The notes beneath the pieces are model-generated. The model was not told the DNA's origin. It saw only the letters and a list, made by a program, of their open reading frames with translations, and did not search any database. A stretch of 58,487 nucleotides of DNA, the filler included, from Sphacelaria rigidula (taxonomy: Eukaryota), in the NCBI GenBank assembly GCA_964200075.2. It is 8 parts of 8 records of this genome, joined end to end, with 100 filler letters (N's around TTAATTAATTAA, not from the genome) between each part and the next. Parts side by side here need not be neighbours in the genome. Positions count along the whole stretch, not along the records: positions 21,973 to 29,195 come from CAXNAA020015890.1; positions 29,296 to 36,518 come from CAXNAA020015891.1; positions 36,619 to 43,841 come from CAXNAA020015892.1; 5 more parts are not named here. One strand, written 5' to 3'. Position numbers and translations under genes: made by a program. This document shows, piece by piece, positions 25,460 through 37,914 of the stretch. How positions within the stretch are numbered: position 1 is the first letter of the stretch; every line of letters begins with the position of its first letter.

Positions 25460-26975
25460 TTTTACGTTTATGTCTGGGCTGCGCTAACCTATGCTAGGTA
25501 AAAGAAAAAGGGCGGTCAGCTTCTTCATTTCATGTCTATGTCTGGGCTGTGTTGTGGTATGTGAGAGAAAAATGGAGGGTCAGCTTCTATATTTCATGTC
25601 CATGTCCGGGCTGTGTTATGGTAGGTGATATGTAATGCAGAGTTAACTTCCTGATTTCTTGTCTCTGTCCGGGCTGTGTTATGGTAGGTGAAAGAAAAAG
25701 GAGGGTTAGCTTTCTTATTTCATGTCTATATTTGGGCTGTGTTATCATTAGTTAAATAAAAACGGAGGGTTATCGTCCCTTTTTCATGTCCATGTCCGGG
25801 CTGTGGTATGGTAGGTTTAAGGAAAAGGAGGGTGAGCTTCTCTATTTCATGTCTATGTCCGGGCTGTGTTATGGTAGGTAAGAGGAAAGGATGGTTAGCT
25901 CCTTCATGTCATGTCTGTCTGGGCTGTATAGGTTAAATATAGATCAGGGACAGCTTCTTTGTTCCATGTCTATGTCCGGGCTGTGGTATGGTGGATTAAA
26001 GAAAAGCTTCTCTATTTCATGTCCATGTCCGGGCTGTGTTATGATAGGTTCAAGGAAAAGGAAGGTCAGCTTCCCTTTTTCGTGTCTATGTCCGGGCTGT
26101 GTTATGATAGGTTTAAGGAAAAGGAAGGTCAGCTTCTCCATGCCATGTCTATGTTCGGGCTGTGTTGTGGTAGATAAGGGGAAAGGATGGTTAGCTTCTT
26201 AATTTCATGTCTGTCTGGGCTGTATTTTGGTAGGTTAAATAAAGATCATGGACAGCTTCTATATTCCACACCAATGCTACGATAGGGGTTGTACTTTTGT
26301 TCCTGGGTCTCATTTTTGTTGGAGCCCAAATATATGGGGCTTATTGTGCAACCCAAATCTGCGGGGACAGGACATGGAAATGCACACAGGGGCCTTCCTG
26401 TGAATCGGCACCAATTTCAGTCTTTTTCAAGTGAAAATGATGCCGATTCTCAGAATGATCCGTGCAACACCCCGAGAAACATTTTCGCTAAAACAATGCA
26501 GCCCTACCGTAGCATCACTCTCCATGTCCATGTCCGGGCTGTGGTATGGTGGGTTAAGGGAAAAGGAGGGTTGGCTTCTCTATTTCATGTCCATTTCCGG
26601 GCTGTGGTATGGTGGGTTAAGGGAAAAGGAGGGTTGACTTCTCTATTTCATGTCCATGTCCGGGCTGTGTTACGATAGGTTTAAGGAAAAGGACGGTTAG
26701 CTTTCCCTTTTCATGTCCATGTCCGGGCTGTGTTATGATAGGTTTAAGGAAAAGGATGGTTAGCTCCTCCATACCATGTCTATGTCCGGGCTGTGTTGTG
26801 GTAGGTTAAATGAAAGGAGGGTTAGCCTCTTCATTGCTATATCTATGTCCGGGCTGTGTTATGGTAGGTTTAAGGCAAAGGACGGTTAGCTGTCCTTTTT
26901 CATGTCCATCTCCGGGCTGTGATATGGTATGGAAGAGAAAAAAAGCTTTGGTATATCACGTCTATATCCATCTTG
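25460..26975 (+). repeat. ~63-bp minisatellite, about 20 copies
   Basis: Unit TTTCATGTCYATGTCCGGGCTGTGTTATGGTAGGTTTAAGGAAAAGGAGGGTTAGCTTCTCTA; starts at 25592, 25655, 25718, 25782, 25845... Confidence 0.95.
26269..26520. mobile_element. 252-bp MITE inserted in the 63-bp array
   Basis: Inverted repeats ATGCTACGATAGGGGTTG (from 26274) / TGCAGCCCTACCGTAGCAT (to 26515), each 5 bp inside the ends; TCCA duplicated at 26265-26268 and 26521-26524; the array unit resumes in register. Confidence 0.75.
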
Positions 26976-29160
26976 TGTGTTACTGGGGGAAAACAAATAT
27001 AGTTACTCAGGTTTTTTCACGTCTGTTGTGTCTGTCGGTCCGGGACTTTCTTTGTCCAGTGGCGGTCCCTGGCAATGCGCGGTGACAGTACATTTCATGT
27101 CCAGGTTTCGGTGGTTTGTTGTACAGCACCGTCGCCACTCGACGCCAACCCAAGGGTCCTGAGGTGAGGGGTCGGGGGGAGGGGGATTGTCCAGTTGTTA
27201 CATATCGCCTTCGAGCTTCCAAACTGCAAAACACTAAAATGAAGGGCACGTAGATATCGAGTAGCTATTTCCGAGCAACACATCCATCGCCTCCGACCAC
27301 GTTTTGGAAATAGCGCAATGAAGAATATAGCGACCAACGAACGATCAATAAATGAAAAGCCAGTTCGTTGGTTGAAATGCAACTTTATACATATCTCATC
27401 CGTCTCATCTCTGGGTCGTTGTGGGGAACAGGTCGTATCACTCTAACGCTGGCATTTGGGATGCTATAGGCGTTGTCATTTCAAAGGTAAAACCGAGGGG
27501 GGAGCGGTGGAACAATATATACACATATACAGGAGATGTTTCCCACATAATTTTCCGGTGAAAAATAGACCGACTTCGCCCATGTGATACGATTTGTCTT
27601 GGATTTAGCTGTTTTCCGCCGTTTTTTTCAGTGAAAAGCAGCATGTGATCACTCAAACACGCTGCGACAAGGCATAGGTAGCGCGGCCTGAAGAAGAGCA
27701 GAGCGGTGTCAAGAGCTCTTCCCGCGTTTTGTTTGTCATTCTATCGTTTCTCCGCACTTCCCATTTCCTTTACTTCATGTCCAAATAACGGCGGATACCA
27801 GCCAATTTCGGGCTGATATATATTAGTCGTTCGTTCGGACGCCTGAAGAAATGACAGCCTGCCCCAAAACCTGATGGGTTCTGACGCAAAAAATGCCTCG
27901 AAATGAAACAAAAAAAACTGCATGAACTTGGACACCGTCAACAGCCCGTCCGTACAGTCACAACCACCCAGACTTATGAGACAATGGGAGTACGTATTTA
28001 TTGATGAAACATACGTCATCTGAGACTTCAAGACAGCACCCTACGCGTTTTTCCACTGCCTCACATCAAATTCGTTTTCATTTCCGCAAATTCATCGTTC
28101 GCGGTGTACCGTATCGACAGATTCCAGAGGAGAGAACCCGAAGTACATCACGTACTCAACAACCGAACGATACATTTACCCATCCGGATGACAGGACTTG
28201 ACTTCAGGTAGAAACGATGGGTTTTATGTACCGTACAGTAGAGCACAGTGTGTATCGACCTCCGCTCCATAACTTGTCGAAAAACAAGGGCGGTTACGGC
28301 CATAGCTAACAGATTGTAGGAATCCTCCGGCGAAGGAGAAAGTTTGACAGTGTGGCAAAATTTCGTGTAGATAAATAAATCGAGGTTTGAAGCTTCACCT
28401 GTGGGTGATCATAATATATATTGTCACCTACAGTACACAAGATGGTTATGATCCAAAAGGAGACAGTTTTCTACACTTCCCTACGCCACATTCGAGGCTT
28501 GTCCGTCATGAACCTCCAAGTTCCCCGGGTGGAAGCACAAACACCGTAACTGTTGCACATGTCGTTCTTTCCAGTCGTAACTCTAGGCACACGGTAGTTC
28601 ATCGATTTCGGGACATTTTGAGCACCTTCGTGTTGAGATATCTTGTTATCAGAGCCAAGAGGGCCGACAAGCGTGTGCCATTCTCATTTACCACCGCCAC
28701 ATGTGCGTGAACGATCGAGTCGTGAGACGTATGCTTTATGGATGAAAACTGAGCTCAAAGCAGCCGTGTTCACCGTGTTCGTCCCTCATCTAGTTTGCGA
28801 TACCTTTCAGTCCATGGTCATGACGTGGGTTTTCACGCACGTGTTTGCGTTCACGTACAAAGGTCGTTACAGTGCTCTATTCCTATCACCGATTTCCAAC
28901 CCCACGGACCCGACAAACAACGACACAGTGCTGCGATATGACCGATAGCTTAACATGTTATCTTGCAAAGGAGTACGAGTTATACTGTCATTTTTGTGTT
29001 ATTACTGTATGGTGCGCACGCGTGTTTCCGCCAAACTCAAAACATATTTCATGAACGCCATCTGAAAAATTTCAGTTGTACTCCCGACCAGCTTGTATGG
29101 TCCGTGTCGTGAGACATTTTTCTCATTCTGTCACACACCGTATAGGCGCACTTTTCTTCG

Positions 29161-29162
<2 letters not shown>

Positions 29163-29195
<33 letters not shown>
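29163..29195. repeat. (GT)n microsatellite
   Basis: About 16 GT units up to the spacer. Confidence 0.95.
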
Positions 29196-29295
29196 NNNNN
29201 NNNNNNNNNNNNNNNNNNNNNNNNNNNNNNNNNNNNNNNTTAATTAATTAANNNNNNNNNNNNNNNNNNNNNNNNNNNNNNNNNNNNNNNNNNNN

Positions 29296-29620
29296 TTTGT
29301 AGGGATGCGAGGTCAATGGTCTGATGACTATGGCAAGCATGATCATGAGTACACCCCCCCTCCCCAGTCCCTTCCCCTCGAAGGGTTGGCGCCGGGTGAC
29401 AACAACGCTGTAAAACACACCACTCACTACGTAAGTTACGCAACCAGGCAGGCGACCGTTTACTTTCATCGCTTGCATTTATCGCGGTAAGCACGAACGT
29501 TGGTCGAGTTGAATCATACTGTACGAGATGGCGAACCTCCCCTCCGCGTAAAGGGTACAAGCTACGTAGTGTATAAACGATGAAACACCCATGAGGCAGT
29601 GTACCCCATGGCTGTATCTC
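29296..29620 (+). repeat. (C)n-associated repeat: 3' end, C-rich tract, then a truncated body
   Basis: Matches 40718-40772, then 40272-40510 (GGGTTGGCG...CCACTCAC..CGTAAG...ACACCCATGAGGCAG). Confidence 0.8.
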
Positions 29621-32585
29621 TCTCTGTGTGCTTCCATCCCATCTATTCTGGACGCCAGTCTTATATGTGGGCGCATCAACCCGGGTCACACAGGAGGAAG
29701 GCCAACGCAGGAGTTTTTTCTGCTTTTTCTCTTGTTTCAGTACTCCACCTTCCTTCTGAGGTGCTTGCCTTATTTTTTATCGCAAGAGAGGTGCAGCAGC
29801 GATTTTCCCTCGTCGACCGTGAAATCGAATTTGTATGCCACGATATTGTCGCTCTACACTGTAGGGCAATGTGTGAGGAAGAATGCCGGGTCGTGCGACT
29901 GCATAGAGATGGGAACCCACGACCCAACAGTCAGGGGTTCGAGGTTGATGGACACAAGCTTTATATTGGTGTCATGAGTAAGCATCAAGAGAATCAAATT
30001 CTGACAAATAACGAGGCTAGTTTACCGGCGTTGGGCTACAAATATCCATGGTTCACACAATTTCACAAGGATCATTCCCCCCTAACCCTAACCACAACCC
30101 AACGCATACCGAGAACCCTCGGGAAAGGGCGGTACATGAACAGTGTTATTCCTTTTCGATAATATGGAGGCTGTGTTTTTGAATGTTAGACGCCAAGAAA
30201 ACCCGCACCTCGCTTGCCATGACACCGAAACTTGGAGGATGTGTTGATTGGTACTACAGCAAGGTGTCGGAGCCGCAGCCGTGGCTGCACAAGGCTCTGA
30301 TGGCCCGATCTGCATTGAAACGGTGGATACCATTCTCATCAGATCCTTCGTTTTTTTCACCACCTCCTGTCTCATGACGAATATAGTATGTACAAATTCG
30401 GTCAGGCTCGCAGACCGTACGGATCCTTCAGGCGTCATCGTCAATCTTCGCCCAGCTAGGGATGATAGCTTGCAAAAAACCAGAGAATAAACAGGATGTA
30501 AGCCCAACCATATACGTGAGGGTTCAGGCTGAACGTTTGCCGGTCTGAAAAGCTCGACACGTCAAGGTTAAGCTTATCTCACGCGACCGTTGCGTTCTGC
30601 CATGCACCCTGCCCCACGTATCCGACAAGTGGGCAACATGCCCGCACAGCCAGTAACGATGCTAGTGGATACACGATCCTGACAGTCTGGCAGCCGGCAA
30701 GGTAGTTATGGTAGTGCCCCTCTAACGATATCAACACTGCTGCAGAGTTCACAGGTAACTGCAACACTACACTTCGAGACAACAACAGTGTGTAAAAATC
30801 TCCAGGGTATCAAGTGCTACAGGCCGCTTTCGCGCCATAGCGGCTGTGTTACCATACCGCTTCGCCCAAGATACAGGAAGCCATGGTAGCAGCAGAGGCA
30901 ACCTTTCACTCCTGCGTGCGCAACCTGGGGCAAACGCACGCTGTAGCTACAACACGGAGAGCTTTACAAAATGATATCCCGCGTGCACGTTGACCGCAGA
31001 TACAAGCGGTTGCGTGCATGGTGTGGCAAACTGCATAGGACAGCGCGAAGTCAATGCAGCACAGGAGTAGGCTGAGGATATGGCATTCTGTGGCGTGCTT
31101 TGTCACCCTGCACCCTGCCGCTGTGCAGTGAGCAGGTGGTACCACCGAAGGTGTAACGTCGCGGTTGGTACGCAGTGTCGAACATATAGCAGCAAACAGC
31201 AGATTTCATGTACAACATACGAGGATGTGTGTTTCAAGACCGATGCGCACAAAGAGGGATCCGCATCTAGAGAATCCTGCACCAACTCGCCCTGTTCTAG
31301 TGGATACATGAGTATTTTCAGCAAAAAGCGCTTGCAATGTGTGCTGTGACGGATGTCATGCGTCATGCAGCTTTCTCTCATGTGCGGCATCGCCCGTGAA
31401 GCGAGCTGTTAAGCTAACAGTGCCCAACCCTCTTTCCACGATGACCTCCTCTCTGAGCTCGAGATAATTGAAACTGCGGAACACGACTTCAACTAGTAGA
31501 ACGTACACCTCACCGTGATAAAAGCTTCCATATTATCGGAAAGGAATAACACTGTAAATGCCCTAGGCAAAGTGCGTCCTTGGTAGACCCCAAATCGGCG
31601 CCTGTGGCGACGATTTGAACAAAAACGCGTTCTGCGCACGCGAAGAGCACACGGGATTGTCGGTCCTACTAAAATCCCGATTCTCGTTGTACACATTAAA
31701 ATCGACTAATATCAATCATGGGCATTTGTAGCTCATGGGGGTGCGGTATCAAAAGGGATCGTTACGTTACGCAAATATATGAATCGCAACATTTGCGCAC
31801 ACATTACATGGAGTTGGCTAGCTTCTGGGAAATGGGGTTCAACATTGAAATGGGGCTCCAACCCCCTTTCGAAATTTCACATTCTTGCCAAAGTAGTTTT
31901 ACAAACGCAAGCGATTTCGGAATTTTTGTTTTTCCCAGAAGCTAAGCAAGTGTGGCTGGAGGCACCCTGTAGATGTGGTGTATACGTGTGTCGATGGCGA
32001 TGCCACCAGGGGCGCAATGGCGGCGAGGAAGCTCCTCGCCCACGTCCTTGGTGTGTCGTCGTTCGACATTTCCTATCACTGGAGAGATGAGCATAGGTTA
32101 CCACCACATACCCAATTCGCCACCCTTTTCGTCGGCACAACAACGGCAGACGATTTGTTGTGCAGCCCTCTGAGGAAGACCGGAGTGCCCAGGTTTGACG
32201 CATCTTGACTGACGTATTCGTGTCTTGTCTGTCGCGTTGATCAATGCAAATATCGATTTTTTCTGCCTCTCTTCTGGATGGGATATGCCTCTGTCCGCTA
32301 CAGAACGTGTCGTCGAGAAACAGGGCGATGATCCTGTCACCGCTGTCCACTAATCATATAGGCACGCAACGACCGTTCCGCCAAGATGCAGTCGCGTGTG
32401 TAGGGGTGTTGTCGGTTTCAGCCCCTCGCTCGGCTTGAGGAAGATCGTTCACATCGGGGTTGAAGGAATGTAGTAGAGATCACCACGACTATGGAGACGA
32501 TCTTGACATGCGGAGTGAAACGAAATACCTCTGGCGGTGACTTAGCTGCCGCTGGCGTGGCCCATATGGGGGCTGACTTCCTGTA

Positions 32586-33621
32586 ACCTGTAAGCTGCGG
32601 CGGGTGTAATGTACAGTCACCAGTGCGCGTGCGGAGCGATGTTTTGTTCAAATTTCGACTCTGCGGGGGCCATCACAAGCTTTCGCCTGGCGCGAGATAT
32701 GGTTCCACCAGGAGCACGGCACGGGCATTTTGGTAGCATATATAAGCTATTTGCCGTTTTGTTCGTGGCCCACACCGTCAAGCGCTGACCGAATAAGTCT
32801 TGTGGGGGATGGGTTAAGCAAGCTTTCAAGGAGCGTACGAGAAACTGAAAAAAAAAGCGAAGACAGTGCCTTGTTACTGACTGTTCGAAACTGTTCCTGT
32901 GTAGCACAGATACGAAATGCTTCAACAAATCAAGCTCACTCGATACCCCCACAACGGCCGTCAAAATCTGAGAGAGTGCCCATTCCCCGGTTCCAATAAA
33001 ACGAAGAAAAAACGATGCCACTTTTTTGTCAATCATGTGAAGAAATTGTACGTGACGATTAGTACAGGATCTAACCAAAGTGCACCCGTTCACGTTGGGA
33101 ATAGGAAATTCGGTGCTGGAAACGCTTCGCAGGTTGAACACGGGAAAATTTGGTCAGTAGAAAATTATTTGTCCTCGCCAATTCTCCCTAGGGTTCGAAA
33201 CAGAGGGGTGTAAATTTTCTTCATCTGACGGGAGCAAGGAAATGGGCACTCTCTCAGATTTTGACCGCCGTTGTGAGGGTCTCGAGTTACTTCGAAGCTT
33301 TTTGCACCGTGTTAAACAGGAACAGTTCTGTACGGTCAGTGACGAGGCAGTGTCTGGGCTTTTTTCAGCCTCTCGTACGCTGCTTGAAAGCTTGCTCAAC
33401 CTATCTCACACAAGACTTGTTTGGTCAGCGCTTGACTGTGTGAGCCACAAATGAAACGGCAAGCTGTTCATACGTTATCAAAACGCTGGTGCTCCCGGTG
33501 GAACCATATCTCGCGTCAGGCAAAAACGTGTGATGGCCCCCGCCGAGACGAAAATTCGAACGCAACACCGCTGCCCACGCGCACTAACGACTGTACATCA
33601 CATCCGCTGCAGCTCACAGAG
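32586..33621. mobile_element. Foldback element with ~400-bp inverted arms (possible TA TSD, Tc1/mariner-like)
   Basis: 32586-~32990 is the diverged reverse complement of ~33235-33621 (e.g. GCGCGAGATATGGTTCCACC / GGTGGAACCATATCTCGCG); TA at 32584-85 and 33622-23. Confidence 0.8.
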
Positions 33622-35076
33622 TACATTATCTGCTGTTGAACGATGCCTTGTAGCGCGTTTCCGGCAGTTTTAACACGCAGTGAGCACATCGGTGTTTGTG
33701 CTAGCCTGCAACATCTACGCTAAATGGGCGCGATAATCAATCACCTGCGCACAGATGGGACTGTGCCGAGGGAGAGCGTGCGTGGGTTAACGGATGAGGG
33801 CTACGAGAGTAGTGGAACCAACCGGGGTTGAAATCACAGTCTTCTGGGGTAGGGGTTGGTGAACTCACGGTAGACTTCGTCCACACAACAGAACGCATGC
33901 GTAAACACGTTGTGCACCAACTATCGAACTCTACGTATGGTTTCGTTTGAAATAAAGCATCGGTACAAGTTCTTTTTATCTTCGTATCCCGCCCTCTCTC
34001 CAGCCCCTCCCTTTCTCCCTCCCGCGCGCGGCAAAGAAAACATTTCATGTTGCCATCGATGGCGCAGTCTTGTTAGTTTTTTCTACGCCTGAGCATACTT
34101 ATCGCAATGACGTATATCATTCCGTACAAAAGTTTCAGATCTTGGCTGCTCCTCTCTGCACTCGCAGCGTAACAACATCGAAAGTGCACTTCCTACGTGA
34201 CCTACCCCCCGCCCGTCAGCCCGTCAGCCCGCCCGCCCGCTTTTTCAAATGAGATTGTGCTACTGATATCATCGATGACTCGAGAGATGGAAAAAAACTA
34301 GCACCCTCCCTGCGAACTAGCCACAGATTCTCCAGTACGCAAAACATTGTTCGAAAATTCTCGTCCGCGTTTCACCATCTCCGTGTCGTCGTACTAAGTA
34401 CCTCGTCGAGCGTTTGCTACTTTCTCTTCTAAAGGTCCTCCGTATCCTCGATCCGTAACCCCTAACCCCCAATGCCCAACCCCACCGCCATTCGACCCTG
34501 ACAGACCGGGCGGTGCATCCCGCCATGCTGACCGCCACAAAACACGCGCCCTCCGGGAAGGGAGGCATGTCTACGGCACAGGGTCTAGGGAACCAGTCTC
34601 CGGGTGCGATAACCACAGAAGGCAACCCAATTATCGGGGCGCAAGGGACGACGAGCGGACATTCGCTCGGCAAAAGCGGCGCGGTGACAGCAGGGGTAGG
34701 CCCTGCTGCTGTGGGGGAAGGAAATTGTTGCGAGGTTCAGGTATTCTTCGTGAAAGCACCACCAGTACGTACGATATGTATATATATATATATATATGTG
34801 TGTGTATAAGGATGTTTGCATATACTCAAGAGTGTATGGAAGCTGGTATTTTGCTCAGCAGACGTACCCCTCACAAAATTGTTGAGGCGAACACTCGCGG
34901 GAGAGAGTGCTGCACACCTCAGCTCTTTGACTGCGGGGTATGCTGTCATGTTTCAGTGTTTTCATGTTTATCTGCCTATACGGGAGGTAGTGTAGTGCCA
35001 CCCGTAGTTCCATCACTTCGGGAACGTAGCCCACGCTACAGGAGTTGCGTTTGTATGCGTGGTTGCGGGAATCTTT

Positions 35077-35692
35077 CACACGCCGGACAACTCAACTCAG
35101 GTTACCACGAGTCAGCTCTTTTTTGCACAACTCACCAGTGAGTTATAGCAGCATCACTCAGCGGTGCCCATTTCGGCCGGGTGACTTGTACAGCAACACT
35201 CAGCGATGCAAAATCTGGCCAGGTAAGTTATAAAATATAACTCAGTTATGTGCATTCTGGCTGGGTGAATTATTAAGTATTACTAAGTAATGCATATCTC
35301 GGGCAGGTGAGTTATAAACTAAAACTCAGCCATGCGCATTCTGGCCGGGTGAGTTATAAACTATAACTCAGTTATGCATATTTTGGTCAGGTAAGTTATG
35401 CGCTACAACTCAGTTATGCACATTCTGGCCGGGTGAGTCATGAACTAAAACTCATCAATGCATATCTTGGTCAAGTGAGTCGTACAGTATAACTGAGCGG
35501 TGCGCATTCTAACCGGGTGAGTTATAAATAATAACTCATCGATGTATATCTTGGTCAAGTGCGTTAGGCAGTATAACTCAAGCGGTGCATGTTCTGGCAG
35601 GGTGAGTTATACTGTATAACTCAGCGGTGCACATTCTGACCGGGTGCGTTATAGAGCATAACTGAGGTAGCTCAGGAATTGTTCGACGTGTG
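35077..35692. mobile_element. Non-autonomous hAT-like TIR element filled with a 42-bp hairpin tandem array
   Basis: TIRs CACACGCCGGACAACT / AATTGTTCGACGTGTG (13/16); 8-bp TSD GAATCTTT (35069-76) / GAATCGTT (35693-700); about 12 units CTGGCCGGGTGAGTTATAnnnTATAACTCAGYKRTGCAYATT. Confidence 0.8.
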
Positions 35693-37525
35693 GAATCGTT
35701 GACCGTGGGCCTGAATAGACTTGACTGATGCAATGGTTAGGAGAGAACAAGTGGCTCACACCTTTGAATGGATTTCAAGCTGAAAATGAATGCTGTCTGC
35801 AATGAAGTTGGTAAAAACTTCATAGCGCTGAAAAGCTTCAATCTTTGTCATCGTTGCATGATGCCAAGCGCTATCGAGTTGTTGAGACAGGAGTGATATC
35901 CTTCGCACGTACGTACGTCGAATCCTCAATGAACTGGTGATGATTACTCACAGCAGCTTCTTCGAAGCCCTCCACGCTTTTGTTTGTTATCAAGTTCTAC
36001 TCCGCTTCTCGTGTTAGTCCTGTGTATTTAGTGCCTGCCAAAACGTGCATCTCTTCTTGTAGTCTGCCTGATGTTCGTCAACGAAATAGATTTGAAATTT
36101 CCAGGTCGGATGTAAAAAGCAAAATCAAATCAACTCTCAGGGTGACATTCTGCACGGAGATCGATTCAACTCAAAGCATGTTTTTATGATGAAGATAAAC
36201 AAGTGGCTATCGGATTCTTAAGGTGCCTGAAAAAGATATGAGAGGGAGGCTTAGGATCCGTATACCATTCAGTGAGGCCTCCTTGTCTTCATTCCCGGAG
36301 GCGGGGGGCAAGAGGGGAGGATTTTTGGGTCCAGCATACAAGGACGTTGTCCCACGAACAATTGTGAGGCCGACAACACAAAACGCCGTCGAGATGCGCT
36401 AGCTTTGCACTTACTTGGTGGTTGTTCGCGTGTTCATGCGAAAGTATCCAGGGTGACTAGTGTACAGAGTCGAGCTAGGGGACATTGTAGGAGGTTTGGT
36501 CGGTGAGGGACACTTTTGNNNNNNNNNNNNNNNNNNNNNNNNNNNNNNNNNNNNNNNNNNNNTTAATTAATTAANNNNNNNNNNNNNNNNNNNNNNNNNN
36601 NNNNNNNNNNNNNNNNNNGCTTCGCTCGGTCGCAAGTGTTTCGCGTCTTCCCTGAAAAAGATAAGTGTCACTTCAACTCCATATTTTGTATCAACCCGAT
36701 TTTCTAGGATCCACTGTTCACAGATGATTTTTCCTTGGATTGTAGAGCAGATACAGGTATCCTCAGATCCCTAATGTGACGAGCGGTGGCAAGCGAAAGA
36801 GCACAGGGTAAAAAGCCAATTTCGAAGAAATTACAAAATTAATAGTTTTTTTCATGATTTATCGGCATTTTGCTGATACCTAAAAACTGATGATTGCCGT
36901 TAACTAAAAAAAACTATTCACGTTCACGCATAACTTTTTTTATCATGTAATATTCATTGACCATATCGAATATCAAGCTTCGACTCGAAATATTGGCCGG
37001 CGAATGGGCCGATTAGTAACCGCTTCGGTAAAATTCGGAACAGTATTTTGCATGGCACTTACCGGCCCACGTTTGGTGCGTGTGTGTTGAAATTTTGTGT
37101 GGGACTTCGCTAGAGCATAATGAACCAAAATAAGTGGGTTAGGGTATTTTCGATTGCTTTTACCCCTAGTTTAGGGCGTTTTAGTATAGTAACAGTCATG
37201 TTTTCACGAGAACCCCCGAACCTCCGCCCCCCCCCCAAATTAAACTGAATGCCCATCGTTATTTTTTAGCACACCTTATCCCCGCGTGCTGCAAGGCTTG
37301 GTTTGTTTCCATCCTCCTCTCTTCAAGGAGAGTATATCCGGCTACATATTACAGATGAATGATATTCGAATCATCTAAGACGCTTAGCTCCTCAATGTGA
37401 GGGGTCACATTGTCCAAACGTTTTCAACATTTCTAAAGGAGAAACAAGCCAAATACCCCATTTTTTACCCGCCTCCGGCGGCACTCCCGCGGGCCCCCCT
37501 CATCAGCCGGGGGGGGAGCGCAGTA

Positions 37526-37867
37526 GACTTTACTACTCGGTAGTTGACGGATAATCCGGTTTGTGACAGGTGCAGTATTGGATTTTAGTGTGGACGCCTA
37601 AGTCCGGACCTTTGGAGGGGCTATGCTCCTGGCGTGCTCCTAGCGTGCGCAAAACGCGTTTTTGTCTAAATCGGCGCCTGGGGCGCCGGTTTGAGGTCTG
37701 GCAACGCACACCTCGCCTAGAAAACACGTTCTACCCCCCTTGACCGAGGGTACTCGATATGTCTTCGTTGGGATTGGGGTTAGGGTAAGTGTTATTCGAA
37801 ATGCATCAGCATCTGCACAAACCATAAATTTCCGAGAAATATCTGTCAACTACCGAGTGGTAAAGTC
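37526..37867. mobile_element. 342-bp MITE-like element with 28-bp terminal inverted repeats
   Basis: GACTTTACTACTCGGTAGTTGACGGATA / TATCTGTCAACTACCGAGTGGTAAAGTC; no clear TSD. Confidence 0.65.
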
Positions 37868-37914
37868 ACCACGGGGGGCGTCTGCGGCCCGGCGAAGCCC
37901 GATGAAATGGGAAA

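Larger units (their letters stand above)
25110..27185. mobile_element. Non-autonomous TIR element (8-bp TSD) carrying a ~63-bp tandem array
   Basis: Perfect 8-bp TSD ATTGTCCA (25102-25109 and 27186-27193); short imperfect TIRs CCCCTTCCCTCC / GGGGGGAGGGGG. Confidence 0.6.

Noticed and set aside
25891-27085. Cys/Met-rich repetitive ORFs
   Set aside because: Translations of the 63-bp minisatellite; frames break between units
29311-29352. Hammerhead ribozyme core (CTGATGA) in the (C)n-associated repeat
   Set aside because: No GAAA after a stem II, and other copies read CTTATGA or CAAATGA
35130-35670. CRISPR-like palindromic repeats
   Set aside because: Sequence between the hairpins is also repeated; it is a tandem array inside a MITE
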